Of a stretch of 64,000 bases of DNA, positions 62,196 to 64,000 are shown piece by piece. Position 1 is the stretch's first letter. Each line of letters opens with the position of its first letter. Source of the DNA: the human T2T-CHM13v2.0 reference genome, Homo sapiens; assembly GCF_009914755.1 (NCBI RefSeq), contig NC_060944.1; one strand, written 5' to 3'. The translations under genes were made by a program, and so were the position numbers. The notes under the pieces are model-generated. The model was given only the letters and a program-made list of their open reading frames with translations. It made no database searches and had not been told where the DNA came from.

Positions 62196-64000
62196 ATTCT
62201 CAGAAACTGCTTTGGGATGTTTCAATTGAAGTCCCAGTGTTGAACATTCCCTTTCATAGAGCAGGTTTGAAACACTCTTTTTGTACTATCTGGAAGTGGA
62301 CATTTGGAGCGCTTTCAGGTCTACGGTGAAAAAGGAGATATCTTCCAATAAAAACTAGATAGAAGCAATGTCAGAACTTTTTTCATGATGTATCTACTCA
62401 GCAAACAGAGTTGAACCTTTCTTTTGAGAGAGCAGTTTTGAAACACTCTTTTTGTGGAATATGCAAGTGGGTATTAGGCCAGCTTGGAGGATTTCGTTGG
62501 AAACGGGAATACGTATAAAAAGCAGACAGCAGCATTGTCAGAAACTACTTTGTGATGTTTGCATTCAAGTCACAGAATTGAACACTCCCTTTCACAGAGC
62601 AGGTTTGAAACACTCTTTTTGTAGTGTCTGTAAGTGAACATTTGGATTGCTTTCAGGCCTAAGGTGAAAAAGGAAATATCTTCCCATAAAAACTAGATAG
62701 AAGCATTCTCAGAAACTTGTTTGTGATGTGTGCCCTCTACTGACAGAGTTGAACCTTTCTTTGCAAAGAGCAGTTTTGAAACACTCTTTTTGTAGAATCT
62801 GCAAGAGGATATTTGGATAGCTTTGAGGATTTCTTGGGAAACGGGAATGTCTTCAGATAAACTCTAGACAGAAGCATTCTCAGAAAGTTCTTTGGGATGT
62901 TTCAATTGAAGTCACAGTGTTGAACATTCCCTTTCACAGAGCAGGTTTGAAACACTCTTTTTGTAGTGTCTATAAGTGAACATTTGGCGTGCTTTCAGGC
63001 CTAACGTGAAAAAGGAAATATCTTCCCATAAAAACTAGACAGAAGCATTCTCAGAAACTTGTTCTTGATGTGTCCCCTCTACTGACAGAGTTGAACCTTT
63101 CTTTGCAAAGAGCAGCTTTGAAACACTCTTTTTGTAGAATCTGCAAGAGGATATTTGGATAGCTTGGAGGATTTCGTTGGAAACGGGTATGTCTTCAGAT
63201 AAACTCTAGACAGAAGCATTCTCAGAAACTTCTTTGGGATGTTGCATTCAAGTCACAGAGTAGAACATTCCCATTCATAGAGCAGATTTGAAACACTCTT
63301 TTTGTAGTATCTGGAAGTGGACATTTGGAGCGCTTTCAGGCCTATGTTGAAAAAGGAAATATCTTCCCATAAAAACTAGACGGAAGCATTCTCAGAAACT
63401 TATTTGTGATGTGTTTGCTCAACTAACAGGATTGAACCATCGTTTTGAAGGAGCAGTTTTGAAACACTGTTTTCGTGGAATCTGCAAGTGGATATTTGGC
63501 TAGCTTTGAGGATTTCGTTGGAAACGGGATTACATATACAAAGGAGACAGCAGCATTCTCAGAAACTTCTTTGTGATGTCTGCATTCAATTCACAGAGTT
63601 GAGCATTCCCTTTCATAGAGCAGGTTGGAAACAATCTTTTTGTAGTATCTGGATGAGGACATTTGGAGCGCTTTCAGGCCTATGGTGAAAAAGGAAATAT
63701 CTTCCCGTAAAAACTAGACAGAAGCATTCTCAGAAGTTTATTTGTGATGTGTGCCCTCAACTAACAGAGTTGAACCTTTCTTTTGATAGAGCAGTTTTGA
63801 AACACTCTTTTTGTAAAATCTGCAAGAGGATATTTGGATAGCTTTGAGGATTTCGTTGCAAACGGGAATGGCTTCATATAAACTCTAGACAGAAGCATTC
63901 TCAGAAACTTCGTTGGGATGTTTCGATTGAAGTCCCAGTGTTGAACATTCCCTTTTATAGAGCAGGTTGGAAACACTCTTTCTGCATTCCCTGGAAGTGG
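62196..64000 (+). repeat. Partial HOR24 (m1 to mid-m11), truncated by the window end
   Basis: Same monomer order as HOR1. The window ends in ...CATTCCCTGGAAGTGG of m11. Confidence 0.96.

Larger units (their letters stand above)
1..64000 (+). repeat. Alpha-satellite (alphoid) centromeric HOR array, SF2-type dimeric, all monomers head-to-tail in one orientation
   Basis: CATTCTCAGAAACT...GTGATGT...TTGAAACACTCTTTTTGT...CTAGACAGAAG recurs every ~170 bp across the window. A CENP-B box TTTCGTTGGAAACGGGA occurs in every second monomer, alternating with GGTGAAAAAGGAAATATC monomers. The ORF track repeats every 2719 bp. Confidence 0.99.

Noticed and set aside
257-63976. Many short ORFs (61-93 aa) on both strands, e.g. 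MWNMQV..., MLLSRVYMK..., MRSEWTLP...
   Set aside because: They are chance stop-free frames in alphoid monomers, repeating at the HOR period. Many start at TTG/GTG, none has a recognisable domain, and they appear or vanish with random SNVs and indels. They were used only as positional markers.
1-64000. CRISPR-like or prokaryotic repeat-spacer system
   Set aside because: Sequences between the conserved motifs are themselves homologous ~171-bp monomers, not unique spacers, and there are no cas or other genes.
1-64000. Embedded L1/Alu insertion, inversion or foreign sequence
   Set aside because: HOR spacing is fully accounted for (2719, one 2378, one 2718) and every motif stays on the same strand, leaving no room for an insertion.

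Overview
The whole 64 kb window is one uninterrupted, single-orientation tandem array of primate (almost certainly human) centromeric alpha-satellite DNA. It has no credible genes, RNA genes, transposon insertions or inversions. Monomers of 167-171 bp alternate between pJalpha-box (A-type) and CENP-B-box (B-type) monomers, the dimeric SF2 (D1/D2) pattern. They form a 16-monomer, 2719-bp higher-order repeat (HOR), most consistent with the live chromosome 20 array D20Z2/S2C20H1L (an inference, not a database match). There are 23 complete HORs plus one partial, starting at 1, 2720, 5098, 7817, 10536, 13255, 15974, 18693, 21412, 24130, 26849, 29568, 32287, 35006, 37725, 40444, 43163, 45882, 48601, 51320, 54039, 56758, 59477 and 62196. 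All ORF-track entries are artefacts of the repeat. I found no new protein-coding or other novel biological system. The informative signal is structural: (i) a 6+6+2+2 internal architecture of the HOR, (ii) a divergent 14-mer variant HOR with a hybrid monomer, (iii) CENP-B-box losses, (iv) SNV-defined 2-HOR (5438 bp) super-periods, (v) a 7-HOR-offset (19,033 bp) duplication, and (vi) decreasing divergence from left to right. Monomer numbers (m1-m16) and HOR numbers are my own, phased from window position 1. SNVs were read by eye.
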